The notes under the pieces: generated by a model
Seen by the model: only the letters and a program-made list of their open reading frames with translations
Database searches by the model: none
Told to the model about the DNA's origin: nothing
In this document: piece by piece, positions 52,531 through 62,228 of the stretch
Position numbering within the stretch: the first letter of the stretch is position 1
Layout: each line of letters begins with the position of its first letter
Position numbers and translations under genes: made by a program
Source: Candidatus Eiseniibacteriota bacterium
GTDB taxonomy: Bacteria > Eisenbacteria > RBG-16-71-46 > JABDJR01
Assembly (NCBI GenBank): GCA_963762255.1
Contig: CAVXKA010000002.1
Coordinates: 288,001 to 352,000 of the forward strand
Direction: 5' to 3'
Length of the DNA stretch: 64,000 nt

Positions 52531-53883
52531 TCAGGAGGACTTAGGAGTGTCAAGGCGGACCGACGCCACCGGCGGGTTCGACCACCCGTCGTTACGGAGC
52601 CGCGCCTCCCCCGGCGCCATGTCGCGCATCGCCGCGTCCACGCGAGCCATCTCGTTGTCGAAACCGGGGCGATACCGGGCCGGGATCGGTTCCGCTTCTC
52701 CCCCCTTCAGAGCCAGGGGATTCACCCAGCGTCCGCTCTGCTGCACCCGGAAGTCGAGATGGGGACCTGTGGCGAGCCCGGAGGCGCCGACGTAGCCGAT
52801 CACCTGTCCCTGGCTGACGCGGGCGCCCGCCCTGATTCCCTTGGCGTAGCCGGAGAGATGGGCGTACTGGGTCACGTAGTCGGCGTTGTGCTTGATCTTC
52901 ACCAACCGGCCGTAGCCGCCGTGCCAGCCCGCATCGACCACGCGCCCGTTGCCGAGCGCCACCACCGGCGTGCCCGACGGCGCGGCGTAGTCGATCCCGA
53001 GGTGCGGGCGCGAGCGCTTGAGGATCGGGTGGAAACGGCTCTTGCTGAAGTAGGACGAGATGCGCCGAAAGTTGAGGGGGGACTTGAGGAAGAACTTGCG
53101 GATGGAGCGACCGCCGGGCTGGTAGTAGCCGGCCTCGTCATCTCCCGCGCCCCAGGCGTAGCGGTACACACGCAAGGGCGCGGCCGCCCCCTCCGGATGA
53201 TAGGCGCCGGCCAGGATCTTTCCGTAGCCCGCCCGCTCGCCCGCCACGACGCGCTCCTCCACGAGAAGCTCGAAGCGGTCGCCGTTGCGGGTATCGGTGA
53301 AGAAGTCGAAGTCCCAGGAGAACAGATCGGCGAATTCCACCACGAGGCCGGGGTCTCCGCCCACCGCGGTGAGCGATTCGTAGAGGTTTCCGGTGACCGG
53401 GCCGGCCAGCTTCCGCACGTAGACCTCGACCGGGGCGCGCTCCACGCGGGCCAGGAAGATGTCTTCGGACGCCTCCACGATCACCCGCTCCTCGAGGTTC
53501 TTCTGGTACTCGAGACGGCGCAACTCTCCCCCGCGGGCCCGGAAGAGGGTGATGCGGTCTTCGGGCCGGACGCGACGGAGATCGACGAGACCCCCGAGAC
53601 CGGCCAGAACAGCGCTCGTCCGCGGGCGATCCACGCCGGAGTCGAGGAGGGCGCCCTCGACGGTCTGGCCCCGCCGGATGTGGAGCTCCTCGACAGAGGC
53701 GAGAAGTTCCTCGGGCATCGGCCCGAGGGCCGCGCTCTGTAATGCCTCACGCGTCGTCTCGCGCAGGAGCGCCTCGATGCCGCCGGGCTCGCCGCGCGAC
53801 AAGAGAACAAGCGCCAGCACGGCCGCAGCCACGCTCAACCATGCGGCGCCGTGTCGTACACGGCGCAAGTGGATTCCGTTCAC
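52531..53883 (-). CDS. M23 family peptidoglycan endopeptidase
   Basis: N-terminal TM, RFHPIL, HLGIDY, YAHL, ATGPHLDF. Confidence 0.92.
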   Translation of the reverse strand: MNGIHLRRVRHGAAWLSVAAAVLALVLLSRGEPGGIEALLRETTREALQSAALGPMPEELLASVEELHIRRGQTVEGALLDSGVDRPRTSAVLAGLGGLVDLRRVRPEDRITLFRARGGELRRLEYQKNLEERVIVEASEDIFLARVERAPVEVYVRKLAGPVTGNLYESLTAVGGDPGLVVEFADLFSWDFDFFTDTRNGDRFELLVEERVVAGERAGYGKILAGAYHPEGAAAPLRVYRYAWGAGDDEAGYYQPGGRSIRKFFLKSPLNFRRISSYFSKSRFHPILKRSRPHLGIDYAAPSGTPVVALGNGRVVDAGWHGGYGRLVKIKHNADYVTQYAHLSGYAKGIRAGARVSQGQVIGYVGASGLATGPHLDFRVQQSGRWVNPLALKGGEAEPIPARYRPGFDNEMARVDAAMRDMAPGEARLRNDGWSNPPVASVRLDTPKSS

Positions 53884-53956
53884 CGGTCTCTTCGCCCTCC
53901 TTGCTTCAAGCCCAGGACGGATAATCGTGTGACTCTAGGGACGCCCCGCCGGGCCG

Positions 53957-55362
53957 TCAAGAAGTTCGGCCCAACTCGCCCAGGAGCGCCAACAGTCGTT
54001 CGCGTTCGTTCAGCGCCGGGTCCTCCAGCACGCGCTCGAGCAGCGCGTTCAGCGCCCTCCCCACCTCCGGACCGGGCGCGATCCCGAGCGCGCGCATCAC
54101 ATCGTCGCCCTGCACCGCAAGATCCTGCACCGCGAGCGCTTCTCGGCGGGCCAGGACCGCCCCGATGCGCTCCCGCAATTCACCCAGCGTCCCGGCGTCG
54201 TCCGACGCCACTCCCCGGGCGGCGATGTCCGCCTCTCGCAGCAGGAACAGATCGTCCATGGCCTCGGTCCCCACCCGCCGCACGAACCGCCGCACCGCGC
54301 CGTCCGACCACTCCTGCGTGTAATGAAACATATGTTCGTCCACGAGATGGCTCACGAGATCGCGATCGGTTCGCGAGAACCGCAGCCGGTCGAGGATCTC
54401 TCCGGTCATCTCCGCCCCCACGCGCTGGTGGTTGTAGAAGGTCCCCTCGCCGTCCACCACCGCGCGCGTGCGCGGCTTGCCCGACGTCGTGGAGCAGCGC
54501 GGCGAGGCGCACCAACGGCCGCTCGGCCGGCACCGCATCCACCGCGCGCAGCGTGTGCTCGTACACGTCGTGGGCGTGGAAACGGTTCTGCGTCATGCCC
54601 ACTCCGGCCAGGAGCTCGGGGAGGATCCCGTCGAGGAGCCCGGTCCGGCGAAGGAGTTCGATCCCCACCGAAGGGCGGGGCGCGCCGAGGAGCTTCAACA
54701 GCTCGTCGCGCACGCGCTCGCGCGCCACCCGCGCCACGCCGTCCCGAGCCCGCTCTATCGCGGCCAGGGTCGCCTCCTCCACCGTGAACTCGAGCACGGC
54801 GGCGAAGCGGATCCCTCGCAAGGGGCGCAGTCCGTCCTCGCGGAAGCGGGCGTCGGGGTCCCCCACCGTGCGGATCACGCGGGCGGCGAGATCCTCGAGA
54901 CCCCCTTCCGGGTCGACGCAGCGTCGCGGTCTCCGGATCGAAGGCCATCGCGTTCACGGTGAAGTCGCGCCGGGCAAGGTCCTCGGCGAGCGAAGCGCCG
55001 AAGTCCACCCAGTCGGGGTGGCGACCGTCGGTGTAGGGCCCCTCGGTGCGATACGTGGTGATCTCCACCGGTCCCTCCGGAAGCGGCAGCGTGACGGTCC
55101 CGTGGCGGACCCCGGTGGGCACCGCCCGCGGCCACAATGCCATGACCGCCGAGGGCGCCGCCGAGGTGGCGACGTCCCAGTCCCCCGTCGTTCGTCCCAG
55201 AAGCAGATCGCGGATGCCGCCCCCCACGAGCCAGGCCTCATGGCCCTGCTCGCGCAACCGGCGCAGCACCGGAAGCGCGGGTTCGTAGAAGGCGCGGGCG
55301 ACCGCCGAAGTCAACTCGGGAGGCGCGGAGCCGGGGGGATCGTGTCGCATCAACCGCTTCAA
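53957..55362 (-). CDS. cca: CCA/poly(A) polymerase-family tRNA nucleotidyltransferase with HD domain (frameshifts near 54915 and 54480)
   Basis: VGGGIRD, DWDVAT, EDLARRDFTVNA, RFREDGLR, LLHDVG across frames. Confidence 0.9.
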
Positions 55363-55615
55363 TCCTCCCTCGCGCGAGGGCGTCCGACGGCGTTCACGCG
55401 CGGGGCCTCCTCGGCGAAGTTATCGGAGGGGACGCGGCCGAGCACGAGACGCGCGACGCCTGGGGCCGCCTTTCCTGGGGCATATGCCGAGGGGATCCCG
55501 GGGATTTCGACCTCCCTCCGGGGCTTGTGCCCCGGCACCGGTGAGATGGTGGACGGGGAGAGCGCTTCCGCTCGGCCCGCGCCCGGGGCAAGCCTAGCCG
55601 CTTTCGCGGCCCAGG

Positions 55616-57001
55616 TCACGCGGCGGGGAGGAGCACGCGGTAGGTGTCGCCGCGTTCCGAAGCCGGGCCCACTTCGAGGCGGCCCTGATGCCGGTCCAGA
55701 ATGCGCAGAACGACGCTGAGGGCCGCGTCGTCGGGCTCCGCCGCCTCCGGTTCGCCGGCCTCGAACGCCGAGCCCGCGGCTCGCGCGGTCAAGATCTCGA
55801 TCCCCGCGGTGCGGCGGCGCTCGTCGGTGAAGGTGCGAATGTCGAGATTACGCGTCGCCGACGAGGACTGATCGGCCATGCGCCCGAACAGGGCCAGCAG
55901 CACCTGCTGCAGCTGTCCGGGGTCCATCGTGACGCGCGGCAAGTCGGGATCGGGGTTGAAGCGAAAATTGACTCCGCGGAAGCGGGTCTGGGGGCGGACG
56001 AAGTCCACCGTCTTCTCCACGAGTTCGTTCAGGCCGGCCGGAGCCTTGCGCACCTCGCGCCGCGAGAAGTCCATGAGCCCCTTGGCCAGGCCGGCCATCT
56101 GCGACGAGAGATCGTGGACTCGGCGGGCTTCGGTCACCAGACCGTCTTCGGTGGTCTCACCGAGGCTGCGCAGAAGAAGCTGTGCGCGTCCCGACACCGC
56201 GGCCAGGTAGTTGTTGAGTTCGTGCCCGATCTCGGCGGCCATCTCCCCCTTGGCGGCCCACCGCTCGTTCTGGATCAGGCGGGACTGCGCCGCCTCGAGT
56301 TCGATGTACCGGCGCGATCCGTCGCGCACGAAGAGGAGAGGCATCACGCAGAGGAGAAGGCCGCGATACCCGAGCACTTCGTAGCAGAAGAGGGCGAGAA
56401 TGAAGACGGTGACGAGCGCCCCCGAGGTGACCACTTCGGTTTCGCTCCCGAACACTTCGCGCCAGACCCTGAGGGGAGATGCTTCTCGAGTGCGAGCGGC
56501 CATCGCGGCGCGGTGGATCTGGCTGAGCGCGATGAAGGCCACACCCGCCAGCACGAGAACTGCGATCTCCGCCGGCTCGCGGAGAAAGCGCCCGGGGGAC
56601 CCGCCGCCGATCGTGTACCCGGGAAAGCCTGTGACCCGAAAGATGGCCACCGCCGCGAGCGAGGGTATCGCACAGCCGAGGCCGTAGACCGCGGCACGGC
56701 GCCATCCCGTCGCCCGCCAAAGCAGACCGCCGGCGAATGCGGCGACAGGGACAAGGACGAGCCCCCAGGGATACGGCACCGCGACCAGAGCGGTGAGCTG
56801 CGCGGCCGGCGCCATGGTGAGGAGAGTGACCTCGTCGCGCGCGGGGTGCCAGAGCACCTCGGCAAGAAGGCAGGCTACGAACCAGGTGATCAGCACCGCC
56901 ATGAGGGAACCGTGGGTGCGATCGGGAGCAAGCAGGAACGCGGCGAGGAGACCGATCAGGAGGGCGGTCTTGAGGTGCGCGTTCAGGGGTCTTGTGGGCA
57001 T
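55616..57001 (-). CDS. Multi-TM histidine kinase-like protein with degenerate ATPase domain
   Basis: About 7 TM segments, H-box EMAAEIGHELNN, DPGQLQQVLL; N, G1 and G2 boxes not recognisable. Start MPTRP after GGGGAG. Confidence 0.85.
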   Translation of the reverse strand: MPTRPLNAHLKTALLIGLLAAFLLAPDRTHGSLMAVLITWFVACLLAEVLWHPARDEVTLLTMAPAAQLTALVAVPYPWGLVLVPVAAFAGGLLWRATGWRRAAVYGLGCAIPSLAAVAIFRVTGFPGYTIGGGSPGRFLREPAEIAVLVLAGVAFIALSQIHRAAMAARTREASPLRVWREVFGSETEVVTSGALVTVFILALFCYEVLGYRGLLLCVMPLLFVRDGSRRYIELEAAQSRLIQNERWAAKGEMAAEIGHELNNYLAAVSGRAQLLLRSLGETTEDGLVTEARRVHDLSSQMAGLAKGLMDFSRREVRKAPAGLNELVEKTVDFVRPQTRFRGVNFRFNPDPDLPRVTMDPGQLQQVLLALFGRMADQSSSATRNLDIRTFTDERRRTAGIEILTARAAGSAFEAGEPEAAEPDDAALSVVLRILDRHQGRLEVGPASERGDTYRVLLPAA

Positions 57002-57100
57002 CTCTCTCCCCGGAAATGCGTGGGACACGCGAGCTCTGTGGGACACACCTGTTTTCGGCCCAGGAGTTGGCTGACTGAAGCCACGCGCTCGGAGGGAGGC

Positions 57101-57134
57101 GGAAAACGAGAAGCCCGGGCAGTGTCCGGGCTTC
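57101..57134 (-). terminator. Probable intrinsic terminator/hairpin between csp and the kinase-like gene
   Basis: GAAGCCCGG/CCGGGCTTC stem followed on the minus strand by TCGTTTT; a second 9-bp stem lies at 57193-57220. Confidence 0.5.
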
Positions 57135-57234
57135 CTGGAATCTACTTTAGATCGCTCTGCTTAATCATTGTAAAATAAGGGTATAACCTCCGGTTTCCGG
57201 GCGAAAATGCCCCCGGAAACAAATTGCGACGCAT

Positions 57235-57441
57235 TCAATCCCGCGGGTTCACTCGGCGGGCCAGAGGCCCTTCGGGGCCCTCATCCAGATCGAACACGAC
57301 CCGGGATCCCGGCCGAAGCGTGCGGTAGCCGGTCATGAGGATGTCCGAGTGATGCACGTACACATCGGGGCCGTCGCTTCGCTCGATGAAGCCGTACCCC
57401 TTGACCTCGTTGAACCATTTCACGGTGCCGATTCGCTCCAT
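57235..57441 (-). CDS. Cold-shock domain protein
   Basis: GTVKWFNEVKGYGFI..DVYVHHSDI; AAGGAGG RBS. Confidence 0.95.
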   Translation of the reverse strand: MERIGTVKWFNEVKGYGFIERSDGPDVYVHHSDILMTGYRTLRPGSRVVFDLDEGPEGPLARRVNPRD

Positions 57442-57628
57442 CAACGACCTCCTTGTCAAGGAAGGGCGCCCGGGGGCCGCGGCGGAGACAGGCAGGAGCC
57501 CGGTCCGCGGGCACAAAAAAAGCCGCACGGCGGCGGCGGAGGGCTGAGGGGATTGAGAAACCAGGGTCTTTCCGGAAAAGGTCATGCGCACCTGACTCCG
57601 GGTTGATACCACACTGGACTCGCCCTTA

Positions 57629-57657
57629 AGGGTACTCCTCGCGAGAGGCCGGGTCAA
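57629..57657 (-). promoter_or_regulatory. Sigma70-type promoter for csp with ~180-nt leader
   Basis: Minus strand TTGACC-17 bp-TACCCT. Confidence 0.55.
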
Positions 57658-57728
57658 CGATTCCGAGCGACGGAGGCTGCAACCGGTGAAGCGACTTCGA
57701 TCGTGCCATGCCGTGAGAGCGTCCGGCG

Positions 57729-59141
57729 CTATCGATGCTCCGCCGCCACCAGATCCGATTGCCACACGGGAAGCTCCGGCACGCGATGGCACGCCACCCA
57801 GTGGCCGGACTCCACTTCCACCAGCACCTGCTCGCGCGAAGCGCACTCGGGGCGCGCCTCCGGACAGCGCGGATGGAAGCGGCAGCCCGACGGCGGGTTC
57901 GCCGGGCTCGGCACGTCGCCGGCGAGAATGACGCGACGGCGGCGCTGCTCCGGATCGGGCACGGGTACCGCCGAGAGCAGCGCGCGCGTGTAGGGGTGCA
58001 GCGGGTTGCGGTAGAGGTCGTCGCGCGCGGCCAACTCGACGATGCGCCCCAGGTACATGACCGCAACCCGATCGCTGATGTGCTCGACCACGTTGAGATC
58101 GTGGGCGATGAAAAGATACGTGAGATGGAGACGGTCCTGCAGATCCTTGAGAAGGTTTACGATCTGAGCCTGGATCGACACATCGAGAGCGCTCACCGGC
58201 TCGTCGCACACGATGAGCCGCGGCTCCACCGCCAGCGCCCGCGCGATACCGATCCGCTGGCGCTGCCCCCCCGAGAACTCATGCGGGTACCGGCGCGCGT
58301 GGAAAGGCGAGAGCCCCACCATCTCGAGCAACTCCCCCACCCGGCGCTCCGCGTCCCGCCCGCGAGCGAGGCCGTGGATGCCGAGCGCCTCCTTGAGCAT
58401 CCCCTCCACCGTCATGCGCGGGTTGAGGCTCGAGTAGGGGTCCTGGAAGATGATCTGGATTTCTTTGCGCATCGCGCGCAATTCCGATGTGGTGAGCCTC
58501 GCCAGATCCACTCCGCGGTAGCGAATCGAGCCCTCGGTGGGTTCCATGAGCCGCAGGATCATCCGACCGGTGGTCGTCTTCCCGCACCCCGACTCGCCCA
58601 CCAGCCCCAGGGTCTCGCCGTCGCGCACGACCAGGTCCACGCCATCCACCGCCCGCACCGCGCCCGCCGCGCGGTTCATGAACCCATGGCGGATCGGGAA
58701 GTGCTTGACCAGTCCCTCGACGACGAGAAGCTCCTGCTCTCCACCCTCGCGGAGCCTTCCGCGCTTCGCCGCGCGGTCGATCACACGCTGGGGAGTGAGG
58801 CGGGGTCGGCGAACCGTGTAGAACAGGTGAAACCCGATCCAGAGCGTCGCGCCGAGCGCGAGCGATCCGGGCACCGGCACGCCGGCCAGCACGAACACCG
58901 CGGCCGAGAGCGCGACCGAGCCCGCAACCAAGCCCCACGCCAGCGCCCCCTTCAGTTCCCGCGCCCACGCGTCCTTGAACACGCTGAAGCCGTACGCGCC
59001 GGCCAGCCCGAACAGCGCGAGCGCACCCAGCACGACCGCGACCGGCATCCCCTCGTCGCGGGCCTCGCGTCGCGCGCCTTTCCAGAGCGGCACGGCCAGG
59101 AGCGTCGAGGCGGCGAGCACGGTGAAGAGAACGGCGATCAT
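57729..59141 (-). CDS. Oligo/dipeptide ABC ATPase (OppF/DppF-like) with N-terminal hydrophobic extension
   Basis: [36 protein letters not shown], preceded by ~110 aa containing about 4 TM-like stretches (MIAVLFTVL...). Confidence 0.85.
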   Translation of the reverse strand: MIAVLFTVLAASTLLAVPLWKGARREARDEGMPVAVVLGALALFGLAGAYGFSVFKDAWARELKGALAWGLVAGSVALSAAVFVLAGVPVPGSLALGATLWIGFHLFYTVRRPRLTPQRVIDRAAKRGRLREGGEQELLVVEGLVKHFPIRHGFMNRAAGAVRAVDGVDLVVRDGETLGLVGESGCGKTTTGRMILRLMEPTEGSIRYRGVDLARLTTSELRAMRKEIQIIFQDPYSSLNPRMTVEGMLKEALGIHGLARGRDAERRVGELLEMVGLSPFHARRYPHEFSGGQRQRIGIARALAVEPRLIVCDEPVSALDVSIQAQIVNLLKDLQDRLHLTYLFIAHDLNVVEHISDRVAVMYLGRIVELAARDDLYRNPLHPYTRALLSAVPVPDPEQRRRRVILAGDVPSPANPPSGCRFHPRCPEARPECASREQVLVEVESGHWVACHRVPELPVWQSDLVAAEHR

Positions 59142-60149
59142 GCGAAGCTCACCCCCTGCGCGCGCAGCTCCGGGAACCTCGCGCCAGCGATGGCAGCGCA
59201 CGTCATGGCCGGGGGCCACCGCCTCCAGCGCAGGCGCCTCCACCCGGCAGCGATCCTGGGCGAACGGGCAGCGGGGATGGAAGGCGCAGCCGGGAGGAAA
59301 GTCGGCGGGCGAGGGGACCGTGCCCGGAATGACATGAAGGCGTTCCCTGCGCTCCGTCATGCGAGGGATCGACTCCAGGAGCCCGATCGTATAGGGATGT
59401 CGCGGATCGCCGAAGAGCGAGCGCACCTCCGCGTACTCCACGACCTTCCCCGCGTACATCACCGCCACCCGGTGCGCGGTCTCCGCCACCACCCCGAGGT
59501 CGTGAGTGATGAGGAGGATGGCCATCCCCATCCGCTCCTGGAGCGTGCGCAAGAGATCCAGGATCTGCGCCTGGATCGTCACGTCGAGCGCGGTCGTCGG
59601 CTCGTCGGCGATGAGCACGGCCGGATTGCAGGAGAGCGCCATCGCGATCATGACGCGCTGGCGCATTCCCCCCGAGAGCTGGTGCGGGTACTCGTCCACG
59701 CGCTGCTCGGGCGAGGGAATCCCCACCTGGCCGAGCATCGCGATCGCGCGCGTGCGCGCCTCGCTCTTGCCCACCTTCTGATGCAGTCGGATCGCCTCCA
59801 TGATCTGATCGCCCGCCGTGTAGACCGGATTGAGCGCGGTCATCGGCTCCTGGAACACCATGGAGATCTCGTTGCCGCGCAGCCGGCGCATCTCGTCCTC
59901 GGGAAGATCGAGCAGATTCCGGCCGCGCAGGAGCACCTCTCCCCCGGCGATGCGCCCGGGCGGCGAGGGGATGAGCCGCAGGATGCTGAAGGCGGTCACG
60001 CTCTTTCCGCACCCCGACTCCCCCACGATCCCCAGCGTCTCCCCCTCGTTCACCGCGAACGACACCCCGTTCACCGCGGTCACGTCGCCGTCGTCGGTCT
60101 GGAAGATCGTGCGCAGGCCGCGCACCTCGAGGAGCGGCGCCGCGGTCAT
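59138..60149 (-). CDS. Oligo/dipeptide ABC ATPase (OppD/DppD-like)
   Basis: [29 protein letters not shown]. In frame with the downstream ATPase as written, probably through a 1-bp error near 59172. Confidence 0.88.
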
Positions 60150-61252
60150 GGCCTTCCCTCCGTGCGGCGCGGGTCGAGAGCGTCGCGGAGACCGTCTCCC
60201 AGGAAATTGAACGCGAGCACGGTCAGGAAGATGAACACCCCGGGGGCGAGGATCCACGGAAAGCTCGTGAGCACCCGCACGTTTTGCGCCTGTTGCAGCA
60301 TGTTCCCCCACGAGGCCACCGGTTCCTGAATGCCGGCCCCGAGAAACGAGAGCGCGACCTCGCCAAGAATGTACCCGGGCACGCTCAGGGTGGCGGCCAC
60401 GATCACGAACGAAGCCGTGTTGGGGAGGATATGACGGACGATCACCCGCAGCGAGGGCATTCCGAGGGCCTCCGCCGCGACCACGTACTCGTTCTCCCGC
60501 AGGGCCAGCACCATGCCGCGAATGATCCGCGCCAGGGAGGCCCAGAGGACCAGCGACAGAATGAGGATGATGATCAGGTAGACGAGATCCGAGCGCAGAT
60601 CGTCGGGGAACGCGGCCCGCAGCGCGAGGATGAGATAGAGCGCGGGAATCGACATGACGATCTCGGAGAAGCGCATCAACAGGTTGTCGACAAGACCCCG
60701 GTAGTACCCCGCGACACCTCCCAGGAGCATACCCAGCGCGTAGGTGATCAGGATCCCAAGGAGTCCCACCGAGAGCGAGATGCGCCCTCCATAGAGCAGG
60801 CGGCTGAACACGTCCCGCCCGAACTGGTCGGCGCCGAACACGTAGATCTTCTCCGGGGCATCGACCCCGAAGAGATGCCGGTCGGCAGGGATGAAGCCCA
60901 GGAGCTTGTAGGGCGCGCCGCGCGCGAAGAATCGGAGCGGAAGCCTGACCGTCTCGTCTTCGGCGTAGAGGGTACGCAGGGAATCGGAGAGATACGCTGC
61001 GTGGATGAAGGGCGTGGACAGGCGTCCGCCGGCGTCGCGCACGTGCACCGTCGTCGGCGGCTGGAAGAACCGCTCGCGATCCTGCGCCTCCATGGCGTAG
61101 GGGGCGAGGAACGGCGCGAAGAGCGCGGAGGCGTAGAACGCGAGCAGAACCGCTCCTCCCACCACCGCGAGCGGCGATCGGCGAAACTGGCGCCAGAAGA
61201 CCATCCAGGGACTGCGCGGGGCGCGGGCGGACGCGGGAAGTCGCTCGCTCAT
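60146..61252 (-). CDS. Oligo/dipeptide ABC permease (OppC-like)
   Basis: [42 protein letters not shown]. Confidence 0.93.
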   Translation of the reverse strand: MSERLPASARAPRSPWMVFWRQFRRSPLAVVGGAVLLAFYASALFAPFLAPYAMEAQDRERFFQPPTTVHVRDAGGRLSTPFIHAAYLSDSLRTLYAEDETVRLPLRFFARGAPYKLLGFIPADRHLFGVDAPEKIYVFGADQFGRDVFSRLLYGGRISLSVGLLGILITYALGMLLGGVAGYYRGLVDNLLMRFSEIVMSIPALYLILALRAAFPDDLRSDLVYLIIILILSLVLWASLARIIRGMVLALRENEYVVAAEALGMPSLRVIVRHILPNTASFVIVAATLSVPGYILGEVALSFLGAGIQEPVASWGNMLQQAQNVRVLTSFPWILAPGVFIFLTVLAFNFLGDGLRDALDPRRTEGRP

Positions 61253-61253
61253 C

Positions 61254-62219
61254 TCACATCCGGATCCGCGGATCGGTGACGGCGAGCAGGATGTCCGCCA
61301 CCAGGTTCCCGAGGATGAGGAGGGTGGAGGCCATCATCACCGAGCCCATGATGAGATAGAGATCGCGCGTGACGAGGGCGTCGATGGTGATGCGTCCGAG
61401 CCCGGGCCAGGACATCACGACCTCGACCAGGAACGCGCCGGAAAGGAGCGTTCCCAGCGTGTAGCCGAAGAGCGTGATCAACGGGTTGATCGCGTTGCGC
61501 ACCGCGTGCTTCAAGATCACGGTGCGCTCGGGGAGCCCCTTCGCCCGCGCGGTGGTCACGTAGTCCGCGCGCAGCACGTCGAGCAAGTTCCCGCGCATCT
61601 GCCGCATGCGGCTCGCCAGCGGCACGGTGGCCAGCACGATCGACGGAAGCACGAGATGGTGGAGCACGTCGAGGATCTTCCCCACCGCCGAGAGTTCGTC
61701 GAAGTTGAGGCTGCGCATCCCCCCGGTGGGAAACCACCCCGTCTTGGCGGCCAGGAGGAGAAACAGGAGGGCCAGGAAGACCTCGGGGATCGAGATCCCC
61801 ACGAAGGCCGCGGTTCCCGAGAGCCGGTCGATCCACGTGCGCTGGCGCACCGCGGCGAGGATCCCGAGCGGAATCGCCAGCACCCAGGTGAGGAACGCGG
61901 CGCACGCGGCGAGGAGAAAGGTGTTGAAGAGCGCGGTCCCCAGCACCGCGAACACCGGTTGGTGCCGCGAGAACGACTCCCCGAAATCGCGGTGCAGGAA
62001 GATGTTCTTGAGCCAGAGGAGGTACTGCACGTGCCACGGCTGATCGAGTCCGAAGCGCGCGCGCATGGACGCGATGGTCTCCGGGCTTACCTGCGGGTTG
62101 AGCTCCATCAGCGAGAGAAAATCGCCGGGCGCGAGCTGCATGACGAGGAACGTGAGGAACGAGATCCCCAGGAGGACCGGGATGGTATGCAGCAGCCGCC
62201 GGAGAATGAGCCTCGTCAC
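61254..62219 (-). CDS. Oligo/dipeptide ABC permease (OppB-like)
   Basis: ILRRLL, DYVTTARAKGL, KHAVRNA, WPGLG, DPRIR. Confidence 0.93.
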   Translation of the reverse strand: MTRLILRRLLHTIPVLLGISFLTFLVMQLAPGDFLSLMELNPQVSPETIASMRARFGLDQPWHVQYLLWLKNIFLHRDFGESFSRHQPVFAVLGTALFNTFLLAACAAFLTWVLAIPLGILAAVRQRTWIDRLSGTAAFVGISIPEVFLALLFLLLAAKTGWFPTGGMRSLNFDELSAVGKILDVLHHLVLPSIVLATVPLASRMRQMRGNLLDVLRADYVTTARAKGLPERTVILKHAVRNAINPLITLFGYTLGTLLSGAFLVEVVMSWPGLGRITIDALVTRDLYLIMGSVMMASTLLILGNLVADILLAVTDPRIRM

Positions 62220-62228
62220 GTTGCCCGG

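Noticed and set aside
57141-57168. Tiny ORF MIKQSDLK upstream of the kinase-like gene as a second signalling peptide
   Set aside because: Only 8 codons, not hydrophobic, and no well-spaced RBS.
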